Of a stretch of 64,000 nt of DNA, positions 30,485-39,237 are shown piece after piece. The first letter of the stretch is position 1. The number at the start of each line of letters is the position of its first letter. Made by a program: the position numbers and the translations under genes. This stretch comes from an uncultured Nitrospirales bacterium (lineage in GTDB: Bacteria > Nitrospirota > Nitrospiria > Nitrospirales > UBA8639): assembly GCA_951812745.1 (NCBI GenBank), contig OX638327.1, positions 1,165,914-1,229,913 of the forward strand. Direction: 5' to 3'. The notes beneath the pieces are model-generated. The model ran no database searches, was not told the origin of the DNA, and worked only from the letters and a program-made list of their open reading frames with translations.

Positions 30485-30602
30485 TCCCCTCTACCGTCCC
30501 TCCATCCCATCTTGACAAAGGGACAGCGCCTCTCTCATTTTTTCCAAAAAGGAAACTTTTGGTAATACGCAACAAAGAATACAGCAAAGGAGAGCAATTG
30601 GC

Positions 30603-31040
30603 ATGGGATTTACAGCCATTAAAGAGAAGGCCTCTGCACTCTTCAATGAGGCGTCTTTTATCAGTCAGATCAGGAATAAACGCGACTATGAACGGGCCAT
30701 GGCCCTCATGGATGAATTGATCGAAGATTACGACAACCAAAAAGCATTGATTGACGTGCTTTCCGGTTCAATCGCGCGGTGGGAAAATACGTCTCCTGAA
30801 TTCAGCGCGTTCAATGACCGCATTGAAAAACTCGATAGCGGCATCACGACGCTGAACGTCATCATGGAGCAACATCGCCTAGGGGTTGCCGATCTGCCGG
30901 AGATCGGCAGCAAATCGCTGGTGTCCAGAATATTACGCGGCGATCGCCGACTGACGCGCGATCACATCGAGGCGTTGAGTCAACGATTCGGCATAAGTCC
31001 CGCGTTGTTTTTTCAGGCGAATCGAGGCCGGGACAATTGA
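30603..31040 (+). CDS. HigA/YgjM-type HTH antitoxin-like regulator, orphan
   Basis: ...ARWENTSPEFSAFN...LPEIGSKSLVSRILRGDRRLTRDHIEALSQRFGISPALFF. The C-terminal XRE HTH is as I remember for E. coli-type HigA. There is no room for higB in the 196-nt upstream gap. Confidence 0.7.
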   Translation: MGFTAIKEKASALFNEASFISQIRNKRDYERAMALMDELIEDYDNQKALIDVLSGSIARWENTSPEFSAFNDRIEKLDSGITTLNVIMEQHRLGVADLPEIGSKSLVSRILRGDRRLTRDHIEALSQRFGISPALFFQANRGRDN

Positions 31041-31087
31041 GAAGAGAACTGGTGCAATGAACGAGCGCGCCGGTGTCGTTCCATTTG

Positions 31088-31747
31088 TTACCGCAATTCC
31101 TTGAAGCGTACCCCGACCTGCCACGGCTTTCCCGTTGCGACGGTGCCGAAGGACTCGTTTTGCGGTGTGACCATGAATTGAGGAGGATCAAACACCAGCC
31201 GGCCGGGTTGCGGCTCGAGTTGCTTGAGGGGCTGGAGTCTGACGGGTGAATGGTATTCTTCCACGTCCTGCCAAATTTCGGTCTGGGCCGCATGATTGCT
31301 GAGGATCACGTACAGCACGTCGCCCTGCAGATACAGCCCTCCGGAAGTCCTCACTTCATGCAAGTGGGAAATTTCCCCGCGCTCATAAAAGGTGACGACT
31401 TCGTTCGGCTGCGCCAGGCCGAACCCCTGGGCCAGCAGGGGCGCAAAAAATGCGATTTCGTTTTGATTAAAGACAGGGTAGCGCTCCGATTCGCCCCCAC
31501 CCATCAACGGCAGGGAGATGGAGCTTTGGCGTTCGACGTACAGCCCTTTCAGCACGTTGGCGATGTCGGTGTTCTTGAGAAACGCCGGATGGGAAAACCC
31601 CTCCCCCCGGCTGCTCTCGGAAACCGTTTGCAGTCCGACTTCCCGGTTGGGGTCCGTATAGACTTTCTGGGTCACGACGTGGGAGGTGCCACCGCACGCC
31701 GCGAGCAGCCACACCATGCTCAATCCGAGTCCTGCCAAGACTTTCAT
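31088..31747 (-). CDS. hypothetical lipoprotein
   Basis: MKVLAGLGLSMVWLLAACGG carries a lipobox (LLAAC). Trimmed to ATG 31747 because the upstream extension is REP family B. Confidence 0.55.
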   Translation of the reverse strand: MKVLAGLGLSMVWLLAACGGTSHVVTQKVYTDPNREVGLQTVSESSRGEGFSHPAFLKNTDIANVLKGLYVERQSSISLPLMGGGESERYPVFNQNEIAFFAPLLAQGFGLAQPNEVVTFYERGEISHLHEVRTSGGLYLQGDVLYVILSNHAAQTEIWQDVEEYHSPVRLQPLKQLEPQPGRLVFDPPQFMVTPQNESFGTVATGKPWQVGVRFKELR

Positions 31748-31803
31748 CCTTCTTCTGACTCCTTTCTTGATCAGAGACTTTTTCCGGATCGGAGGAGGCA
31801 TGC

Positions 31804-31841
31804 TCCCCCTCACCCTACCCTCTCCCTCCAGGGGCGAGGGT
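31804..31841. repeat. REP family B
   Basis: ccccctcaccctaccctctccctccaggggcgaggg. Confidence 0.85.
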
Positions 31842-31918
31842 TTACGAAGACCCATCCTAGCATACCGTCAAGACGAAGTTCCCCGTTTGCGCGGGGCATT
31901 CCGGCGATTTCGGCATTT

Positions 31919-31973
31919 ATTTACTTGACCCTAACGTCACGGAAACCTTCTCTTTACATTGCGCGGATACGCT
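31919..31973 (+). promoter_or_regulatory. Pho-box-like array + -10 (CBS-psiE-arsC promoter)
   Basis: ATTTAC/CCTAAC/GGAAAC/CTTTAC at 31919, 31930, 31941 and 31952, then 10 nt, then TACGCT. The ATG is 29 nt downstream. Confidence 0.6.
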
Positions 31974-32001
31974 AGGCCATCCACGGTCAGAAAGGGGGCC
32001 T

Positions 32002-32385
32002 ATGCTTCGTATCGAAAAACTCATGAAACGAGACTTGATTTCAGTCCGGAGCGACGAAACCGCGTTTGGGGCCAGCTTGCTCATGCGCGTCCTGAACGTC
32101 GGCAGCGTGTTCGTGAAAGAGCAGGATACCATCATCGGCATCGTCACCGAATCCGACATCGTCAAGAAGGTGGTGTCGATGAGCCGGATTCCCGAACATA
32201 CACCCGTCACTCAGGTGATGAGCACGCCGGTCATCGGCATCAACCAGGACCGGCCGGTTTTTGAAGCCGCCGACATGATGCAACTACACTGTACGCGCCA
32301 TTTGGCCGTCACGCAGGAAAACGAGATCGTCGGGGTCCTGTCCGTCCGGGACATGCTGCATCCAGTGGCCGTCGATGACCTCTAA
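32002..32385 (+). CDS. CBS-domain pair protein
   Basis: Two CBS units: LMKRDLISVRSDETAF...GIVTESDIVKKV and VMSTPVIGINQDRPVF...VGVLSVRDML. Confidence 0.8.
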   Translation: MLRIEKLMKRDLISVRSDETAFGASLLMRVLNVGSVFVKEQDTIIGIVTESDIVKKVVSMSRIPEHTPVTQVMSTPVIGINQDRPVFEAADMMQLHCTRHLAVTQENEIVGVLSVRDMLHPVAVDDL

Positions 32386-32432
32386 CGGTCAGGCATTCCT
32401 TGTCAACCAATTCCAGCTTAAGGTGTTCTCTT

Positions 32433-32915
32433 ATGTCTTTTCTGACACGCACGTTCTTTTCCGATATGACGACGATCTGGATGCACGGCACGAAAGTCGT
32501 GCTGAGTTTATTGATTCTGACGCTCCTGATGGCGCTGACCGGCGGAGTCGTGAAAACCTTTGCCGACCTGTATCTGCTGTTTTCCCAACCCTTGGAAGTG
32601 GTCTTTAGAACGATCATCGTCAATACCCTCCTGCTCCTTGCAATCGTCGAGGTGCTGAAAACGACCGTCACGTATTTTTCCGAAGGACGAGTGAAAGTGA
32701 CTTTTATCGTCGATACGATTCTGGTGGTCATGTTGACCGAAGTCATTTCACAATGGTTTAGAGACGCTTCGCTCGAACGATGGCTGACCCTTGGAGGCAT
32801 TCTGCTGGCGCTCGCCATTCTCCGGGTCGTCGCGGTCAGGTGGTCGCCGGCGAAATGCGATTCCGCGCCGGAGGGCTTGCCCACTCCGAACTCTCTCTCC
32901 ATATCGGGGACCTGA
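32433..32915 (+). CDS. psiE: phosphate-starvation-inducible protein PsiE family
   Basis: Four-TM protein with the ...LLLLAIVEVLKTTVTYF...TFIVDTILVVMLTEVI pattern of PsiE. ATG 32433 follows AAGGTG. Confidence 0.7.
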   Translation: MSFLTRTFFSDMTTIWMHGTKVVLSLLILTLLMALTGGVVKTFADLYLLFSQPLEVVFRTIIVNTLLLLAIVEVLKTTVTYFSEGRVKVTFIVDTILVVMLTEVISQWFRDASLERWLTLGGILLALAILRVVAVRWSPAKCDSAPEGLPTPNSLSISGT

Positions 32916-32936
32916 CCGGAAGCCGCGATCCAAGTC

Positions 32937-33374
32937 ATGGCCAGAATCCTTTTTCTTTGCACGGGAAATTCCTGCCGCAGCCAAATGGCCGAAGGGTGGC
33001 TTCGGCATCTGGCCGGACCACCCATAGAGTCGTTCAGCGCCGGGACCGATCCGCACACGGTGAACCCCCTGGCCGTGGAATCCATGAAGGAACGCGACAT
33101 CGATATCTCCGGTCATCGCTCCAAATTCATCAGTGAATTTCTCGGGCAACGATTTGATTTCGTCATTACGGTCTGTGACCAGGCCCAGGAACGCTGCCCG
33201 ACCTTTCCGGATTCACCCCGCCTTCTGCATTGGAGCATTCCGGACCCTGCCAAAGCAGAAGGGACGATTGAAGAACGGCGGGCCGTTTTTCGTCTTATCC
33301 GCGATCAGATCCGTGGCCGGGTTGAAGCATTCGTTCGGCAAGAATTGGGGCCGTATTTACGCGACGGGGCATAG
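32937..33374 (+). CDS. arsC: arsenate reductase, LMW-PTP (thioredoxin-coupled) type
   Basis: ILFLCTGNSCRSQMAEG (CX5R P-loop) plus downstream Cys pair VITVCDQAQERCP and DP motif. Confidence 0.85.
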   Translation: MARILFLCTGNSCRSQMAEGWLRHLAGPPIESFSAGTDPHTVNPLAVESMKERDIDISGHRSKFISEFLGQRFDFVITVCDQAQERCPTFPDSPRLLHWSIPDPAKAEGTIEERRAVFRLIRDQIRGRVEAFVRQELGPYLRDGA

Positions 33375-33482
33375 ACCTGACGCGAACGTCGCTCGCCAAA
33401 GGGACCTCCTCGGAATACTCGACGCATTCCACCTTTTTTCCTTCAACCTCCTCTGTTAGAATTCTTTCTCTGGACCCCGACC

Positions 33483-33989
33483 ATGGAGTGTATTTTATTC
33501 CGACACGGCATTGCCGCTGATTGGCGAGACTGGCAACGGGAAGATCGCTCGCGTCCCTTGACCGAGGAAGGGATCGAGAAAACACGAAAAGCCGTGCAAG
33601 GCCTTATCCGGCTGGGCGTCACCCCCACTCACCTTCTCTGCAGCCCCTACCTCCGGACCCGGCAAACCGCGGATATTGCCAAGGAAACGCTGGGATTGAC
33701 CGAGCCCCCTCAACAGTGCGCCGAACTCAGGCCGGACGCATCTCCCGAAGATTTCCTCAACACGCTGGTTTCGTTTTCCGAGGATGACTGCGTGCTCTGC
33801 GTCGGCCATGAACCGCATTTGGGACATACTGCCGGCACGATGCTGTTGGGCCAACCCGTTTCAGGCTTGTCGTTCAAGAAAGCCGGAGCGTGCTGTATCC
33901 GGTTTCACGGTAAGCCCCGAAGCGGAAACGGCGTGTTACAATGGTGGCTGGAACCGGCTCAACTCAGGAAATTGGCCAAGAGTGGGTGA
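33483..33989 (+). CDS. sixA: phosphohistidine phosphatase SixA
   Basis: ILFRHGIA...RPLTEEG...SPYLRTRQTA...VGHEPHLG is a histidine-phosphatase branch-1 pattern. Confidence 0.8.
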   Translation: MECILFRHGIAADWRDWQREDRSRPLTEEGIEKTRKAVQGLIRLGVTPTHLLCSPYLRTRQTADIAKETLGLTEPPQQCAELRPDASPEDFLNTLVSFSEDDCVLCVGHEPHLGHTAGTMLLGQPVSGLSFKKAGACCIRFHGKPRSGNGVLQWWLEPAQLRKLAKSG

Positions 33990-34020
33990 GGGCCGGTAGA
34001 GGAGACAGGGTGACGCGACG

Positions 34021-34083
34021 CCTGTCCTGCCTGTCCTGAGCGTAGTCGAAGGAAGCGTAGTCGAAGGGCCCACCCGACCTACC
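34021..34083. repeat. REP family C (tandem) + family A half-site
   Basis: cctgtcctgcctgtcctgagcgtagtcgaaggaagcgtagtcgaagggcccacccgacctac. Confidence 0.85.
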
Positions 34084-35649
34084 TCATTCCGCCGCGTCTG
34101 TCGAAAACCTCGGGTCCACCTGAACGGTGAAGGTGACCTCTCGCCCGAAGACTTTCCGGAACAGGTCTGCTCGCGATTGCGCGGTCCAGATTTCCAACTC
34201 CGAGTCGGCCAGAGCCTTCAACTCGATGTTCATTATTTTTCCGATGGTGACGTGGACGTCCCGGATGATGGAAAAGTGACTGCGATCCAAGCCATCCGCA
34301 ATGCGTAAAATCGCGCTCAGCGTCTCCAGCACCTTTCGCCTGGCAGGTGAAAGGAGTTTATACGGCAGGTGTTGGGGGCCAGGTAACGAGCGGCGATGAT
34401 AACGGGCCACGTTGGCGATCATCTCGATTTCATCGACCGTAAATCCGGCCAGATCGCTGTTCGTAATCAAATAGTAACTGTGCTTATGGTGTTGGCGTGG
34501 ATTAATGGCGTACCCCACGTCGTGGAGCAATGCGGCATATTCCAGACACTCGCGTTCCTCGTCAGCCATGCCATGCAGGGATTGCAGTTGATCAAACAGC
34601 GACAAGGCCAACGTCGCCACGTGACGGGAATGCGTCTCCGGGTAATGGCAGCGTCTGGCCAAGGCCACGACGTTCCGCAATCGGATATTTGGAATTTCCT
34701 GCTCGATCAGTAAGCCTTCCTGGTTCTTTTGGATGAAATCGTAGACCAACCCTTCACGCATGGCTTTGTCGCTGATCGTAGCTTCCTTATGCCCGATGGC
34801 TTCGAGAGTTTGGCGAATCACCGACGTCGCCGCCAGCAGCGTATCCACCCGTCGCGGGTCCAGACCCGGGATGCCGAGCCGCGTGTCCACGTCGCTCGTC
34901 GCGAGCCGTTGCTCGACGGCGCGAATTTCTTTCAGGGTAATGGTCGAGAGGTTAATCTGGGGGATGGGGGCACCGGTCCGTTCCAGATAAATGATTTCCG
35001 CCAGGTTCGAGGCCATGCCGGAAGAAATCACGACTCGATCAAACTCAGGCTGACGAAATCGCTCCAAGGCGGCTTCCAGTTCTTTGGCGATCATGTCGTG
35101 CATGGCCCGCAGTTTGGCCTTCGGAGGCGGCGCTTTGGTCAAGAACAGATCTTTCAGGCGAATGGCCCCGAGTTTGAGACTCTCGGCGTGTAGCAGACGC
35201 TTTCGATTCCCCGCGATGATTTCGACCGAGCCTCCGCCCACGTCCACCAGCAGAGTCGGTTGGTCCGTCAAATCCATGCTTTGGCGAACACCCAGGTAAA
35301 TGAGGCGGGCTTCTTCCTGACCCGTGATGACCTTGACGCGAACACCCGTGCTCTCGGACACTTCCTCGACAAATTGGCCGCTGTTGCGCGCTTCACGAAC
35401 CGCGCTGGTCGCCGCCATCAGAATGCGATCAAACCCTTTGTTTCGTGCCAGCGTCGTCAGGTTTTTCAGGACTTCAACGCCTCGCGCCCGCGCCTCCGCA
35501 GACAACCGTCGCTGGCGAAACGTCCCGTCACCCAGACGGGTCATGTCCTTGAACCGATCAAGAATCTTATAGGAGCCATCAGGTTCGGCTTCCGCCAACA
35601 CCATGTGAATGGAATTGGTCCCAATGTCTATCACGGCGATCTTCGACAT
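34084..35649 (-). CDS. ppx: exopolyphosphatase / pppGpp phosphohydrolase (Ppx/GppA) with HD domain
   Basis: IAVIDIGTNSIHMVLAE...LLVDVGGGSVEI...LLHDVGYAI. Confidence 0.9.
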   Translation of the reverse strand: MSKIAVIDIGTNSIHMVLAEAEPDGSYKILDRFKDMTRLGDGTFRQRRLSAEARARGVEVLKNLTTLARNKGFDRILMAATSAVREARNSGQFVEEVSESTGVRVKVITGQEEARLIYLGVRQSMDLTDQPTLLVDVGGGSVEIIAGNRKRLLHAESLKLGAIRLKDLFLTKAPPPKAKLRAMHDMIAKELEAALERFRQPEFDRVVISSGMASNLAEIIYLERTGAPIPQINLSTITLKEIRAVEQRLATSDVDTRLGIPGLDPRRVDTLLAATSVIRQTLEAIGHKEATISDKAMREGLVYDFIQKNQEGLLIEQEIPNIRLRNVVALARRCHYPETHSRHVATLALSLFDQLQSLHGMADEERECLEYAALLHDVGYAINPRQHHKHSYYLITNSDLAGFTVDEIEMIANVARYHRRSLPGPQHLPYKLLSPARRKVLETLSAILRIADGLDRSHFSIIRDVHVTIGKIMNIELKALADSELEIWTAQSRADLFRKVFGREVTFTVQVDPRFSTDAAE

Positions 35650-35682
35650 CGCGTCACCTTCCGTTACACTTCATTTCGCTAC

Positions 35683-35737
35683 TTCATATTAACAGGATAG
35701 GTAGGTTCCATAACAACAGCGTGATAAGCATGTTACG
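35683..35737 (-). promoter_or_regulatory. weak Pho-box-like array upstream of ppx
   Basis: The minus strand reads CGTAAC/TATCAC/TGTTAT/CTACCT in 11-bp phase, then 10 nt, then TATGAA. Only the first hexamer is a good match. Confidence 0.25.
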
Positions 35738-35813
35738 ATTGCACGGAAGCCTCAAGGCCACTGACGGGCTGAAGGTTTCATGGCGCTGTCCCGACTTACC
35801 TGACCTGCAAAAG

Positions 35814-36599
35814 CTAAAAATGCAGTAAGGCAACCAATCGTTCGACCAGTTGGGGCGATCCGAACAGGACATCGATTTTGTGCTCCACCCGAGACGGACG
35901 GGTGACGAAGGTCCCGCCGGCCTCTTCAACCAGGACTTGGGTGGCAACGGCGTCCCAGGGATTGAGTGCCGGATCGAGCATGGCGCCGACTGATCCTTTG
36001 ATGACCAGCGTATGACCGAAACAATCGGTATAGCCTCGAAGATACGGACACGCGTTGGCCAGTTGCCGGAACATTTCTTCGCAGCCCGCACTCGTGAATT
36101 GGGCGATATCTCCCGTGGCAATGATGCTGGTCTCCAGCTCCGCTTCCCGGGAAACCGACACGGCCGTCCCGTTACAGGCACACCCCATGCCTCGAGCCGC
36201 ACTATACGTCATGTTCAGCATGGGCAAATGGATCACCCCGATGAGCGCCTTGCCGGCTTCCCTGTCCTCCAACGCCACGATCGTCCCAAACAAGGAGATC
36301 CGGTTCACGAAGGAGCGCGTGCCGTCGATGGGATCGATCAACCAGCGATAGCGCGTCTTGCTTCCTTGCCCTCCAAACTCTTCTCCCAACACGTCAAAGC
36401 CCACGGCGACCGGATCGCCCTGCAACACATTCCGAATCGCGGTTTCCGCCTCGCGGTCCGCAATGCTCACCGGAGAGCCGTCGTCTTTTCGTTCGACGTG
36501 AAGGGTGCGATCCGTAAAATAGTCGAGCAGCAGCCCGGCCGGCGTTTGCGCCGCGCGAATTGAAAGGGCCAGCAGGCGTTCTAGTTCCTCGGCATCCAT
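35814..36599 (-). CDS. inositol monophosphatase-family phosphatase
   Basis: ...VLGEEFGG...WLIDPIDGTRSFV...WDAVA. Start is either ATG 36599 or GTG 36629. Confidence 0.8.
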   Translation of the reverse strand: MDAEELERLLALSIRAAQTPAGLLLDYFTDRTLHVERKDDGSPVSIADREAETAIRNVLQGDPVAVGFDVLGEEFGGQGSKTRYRWLIDPIDGTRSFVNRISLFGTIVALEDREAGKALIGVIHLPMLNMTYSAARGMGCACNGTAVSVSREAELETSIIATGDIAQFTSAGCEEMFRQLANACPYLRGYTDCFGHTLVIKGSVGAMLDPALNPWDAVATQVLVEEAGGTFVTRPSRVEHKIDVLFGSPQLVERLVALLHF

Positions 36600-36662
36600 C
36601 AACTGTTCATGTTCCCCATTGGTTTGCACAATCGGTTTTCAGAAAACCCTGACACGTGACAA

Positions 36663-36729
36663 TTTAACACCGGGGCTGCGGCAATGTAACCCTCAGATAA
36701 CAAATCGCCCCGGGAAATCGCGTAAAAAT
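36663..36729 (+). promoter_or_regulatory. Pho-box-like array + -10 (promoter of the 814-aa/PSD/Lgt/TPR operon)
   Basis: In-phase hexamers TTTAAC (36663), ggctgc, TGTAAC (36685), GATAAC (36696), gccccg, then 10 nt, then TAAAAAT at 36723. Confidence 0.55.
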
Positions 36730-36792
36730 ACGTCCCAAAGAAGCACGCGCCCGTCCTGCCGAACAGGCTAAACGGGCGACGAAGAGGCAACG

Positions 36793-39237
36793 ATGCTGAT
36801 AAAAACCGAATCGCCATCCTCAACCGTTCAAACGTTTTCTTCTGATCACCAACAAAGGGTCGAACGTCTGGCCGACGTACTCGGTGCCGGCGGGCGCTCA
36901 TCAAATTTGAACCTCTGCAGTCTCCCCTTCGCACCGGACGACGTGACAGCGGGCTCGGAAAACGAATACCAAACCGCGGTATTGGGCACGACGAAACACG
37001 TCGACCTACCCATTACCCTGCAAACGTCCAATTTTTACAAAAACCTGGTCAAACAAACCTGGCGCAAAGGGGCTCCCTTCGCGAAAGCGGGGGGCCATTC
37101 CAAACGCAGCAAATCCGAACTCGAGGCTTATTTGGCTCACGAATCCAACGACGTCTGGGAAAACAGTTGGGTCCGGTTTCCGAGGCGGACGCTCGGTCCG
37201 TTTGCCAGACAGGTGCTTCAACATGATCTCCTGGCCGACAAAAAAGACCTTGCCGGCCCGCCGAGACGAGACATCAGGAAGGTGGTGTTTTATCAGGATG
37301 GGGAAGAGTGGGTCCGCGTTCCAATCAGTTACCTCTCGCGCCTCGCATTGGCCGACGTCATAAGCGGCAAGGCCCCTTCCGCCATTCGTCGCATCGGCGA
37401 ACGCCTCATGGATCACTTTCTGAATGACAACACGTCTCCGGAAACGTGCAGCTTCTATATCATGAACCTGCATCAGGATACCAAGATGGGACGTACAGTC
37501 GGGAAGGAAGCGAGCAAACGGTTCTTTCTCAGTCATTTACTGACCACGTACGCCAACCGGAAGTTCGCGTTGCTCGAAACGGGCCAACGGGCCCTGATGT
37601 ATTTTGCGCCGCATCCGCCAATCCGTCAAAAACGTCTCAACGGTCTCATTTCCGACAACTTTTATCGGGAACTCTTCATGAACCCCTGTTTGTCGGGATG
37701 GGACAACGGGCCAGACAAGCACGAGTATATGCGACTCTGCCATGAGGTGCTGTCACGAAGTCACCAGCACGTGATTGGAAAGCTCAAGAATGCCGGAATC
37801 ATTACACGCAATCTGGTCGTCCCGACCAGCCCCTCCAACATCAGCCTGGCAAATAACGGCACCCACGTCAGCTTGGGAAGCCGAAAATTGACACAGCTTT
37901 CCCGAACCATGCCCGACGAATTTACACCCCGCGATGAAAAATATTTCGGGGATCTCGTGACGAAAGTCGCCGAGCATTTCCTTCCGTTATTCGTCGGAAC
38001 CTACAGCGCCGCTCCGTATCGTTTGGACTTCTGGGACTTTCATCCGGAAAACGTGCTGGGCTTTCTCCCCCATGAATTAGATCACCAATTTCTGCGTTTA
38101 CTCTGGCAGCGGTGGAAACGAAAGGCCGGCTTGCGGTTCTTCGGGAAACCCGTCACGCCCCTGGGACCGGTGTGGTTGGACAAGGCGTTGAGCTACGGGT
38201 TTGGGATGCGAGGGGATTATATCCCCGATTTCCGGCTCATCGATTATCTGGTCGTCCTGCCGAGCACGGAAGAATGTCCTGCCCTCGACGGCACGCTTGG
38301 GAACGACCTTCGGCTCAAACGAGACCTGGCCGAACAGGGCATCTATGACGAACGAATGTCCTTTTATCAGCTTTATAAACTCCGAACGTTTTCCACAATG
38401 GGATTTTCCGGATTCGAGGGCCGGTACTATAGTTTGTTTGAAAGCCTCCTCGACGACATGGGAGAAGCCGCCAGTCTTCAGGCTTTGGTCACCGCGTTGG
38501 CGTTCAAATATATCTTCCAATTTGATGTGCAGCCTTCCGACATTTCCGACGACCCCGCCACGGAAAGTGAACGGCGACAGATCTTTTTCGGGGCGGCCGT
38601 CAATCTCCCCACCTTCTACGTCCGTGCCGACACGTCGAACTGGTTTCTGAAACGCATCCTGGCCCGAACGCCGAAAGTGCGGCTGAGTCGACGATTTTCC
38701 TCATATTATCGGGTCCATTATCGGGAATATGGCCGAACCCTCTTGACGATTCTCCGGGAGGACGGCCCGGACCTCATTGAAGCCTTTCAACTGCACGACG
38801 TCATGGACAAACTCAAAGACCGGCTCGAAAACCCTGATGATTGCTCGACGTTCGGGAAGCTGACGAAAGGCATACTGCAGGAAAGTGGGGCAACCTCCCC
38901 CTTCAGTCTTTCAGGAGAGGAGTACAACACAGCCGCTGAAACCTACTATCGTCACACGCTTCGACAACGACACCTCAGCGAAGCGATTCAGGAATTGGAA
39001 GTTGATTGCGCCGCCCTGGATGACTGTACGGGCTCAACCCTTCACACGAGCAAAGCCCTCATGCAAACCATCCTGGGGCCTTCCACGTCCGCGGGATCCT
39101 TTCTGGAACGCACAAAGCCCGTACTGATCGACGAAACGATCTCCCTCCCTCAACTCACGAAATTGATTTATCTGGTGTTGATCACCTTACTGGTCGATGA
39201 GCAACGTGCCGGCGATCATGAATCCGAAATTGATTAG
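36793..39237 (+). CDS. large conserved-looking protein of unknown function (814 aa)
   Basis: GAAGAGG lies 6 nt before the ATG. The ORF is uninterrupted with normal composition. I see no P-loop, TM helix or signal peptide. Possible metal/ligand-type motif SLANNGTHVSLGS. I recognise no family. Confidence 0.7.
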   Translation: MLIKTESPSSTVQTFSSDHQQRVERLADVLGAGGRSSNLNLCSLPFAPDDVTAGSENEYQTAVLGTTKHVDLPITLQTSNFYKNLVKQTWRKGAPFAKAGGHSKRSKSELEAYLAHESNDVWENSWVRFPRRTLGPFARQVLQHDLLADKKDLAGPPRRDIRKVVFYQDGEEWVRVPISYLSRLALADVISGKAPSAIRRIGERLMDHFLNDNTSPETCSFYIMNLHQDTKMGRTVGKEASKRFFLSHLLTTYANRKFALLETGQRALMYFAPHPPIRQKRLNGLISDNFYRELFMNPCLSGWDNGPDKHEYMRLCHEVLSRSHQHVIGKLKNAGIITRNLVVPTSPSNISLANNGTHVSLGSRKLTQLSRTMPDEFTPRDEKYFGDLVTKVAEHFLPLFVGTYSAAPYRLDFWDFHPENVLGFLPHELDHQFLRLLWQRWKRKAGLRFFGKPVTPLGPVWLDKALSYGFGMRGDYIPDFRLIDYLVVLPSTEECPALDGTLGNDLRLKRDLAEQGIYDERMSFYQLYKLRTFSTMGFSGFEGRYYSLFESLLDDMGEAASLQALVTALAFKYIFQFDVQPSDISDDPATESERRQIFFGAAVNLPTFYVRADTSNWFLKRILARTPKVRLSRRFSSYYRVHYREYGRTLLTILREDGPDLIEAFQLHDVMDKLKDRLENPDDCSTFGKLTKGILQESGATSPFSLSGEEYNTAAETYYRHTLRQRHLSEAIQELEVDCAALDDCTGSTLHTSKALMQTILGPSTSAGSFLERTKPVLIDETISLPQLTKLIYLVLITLLVDEQRAGDHESEID

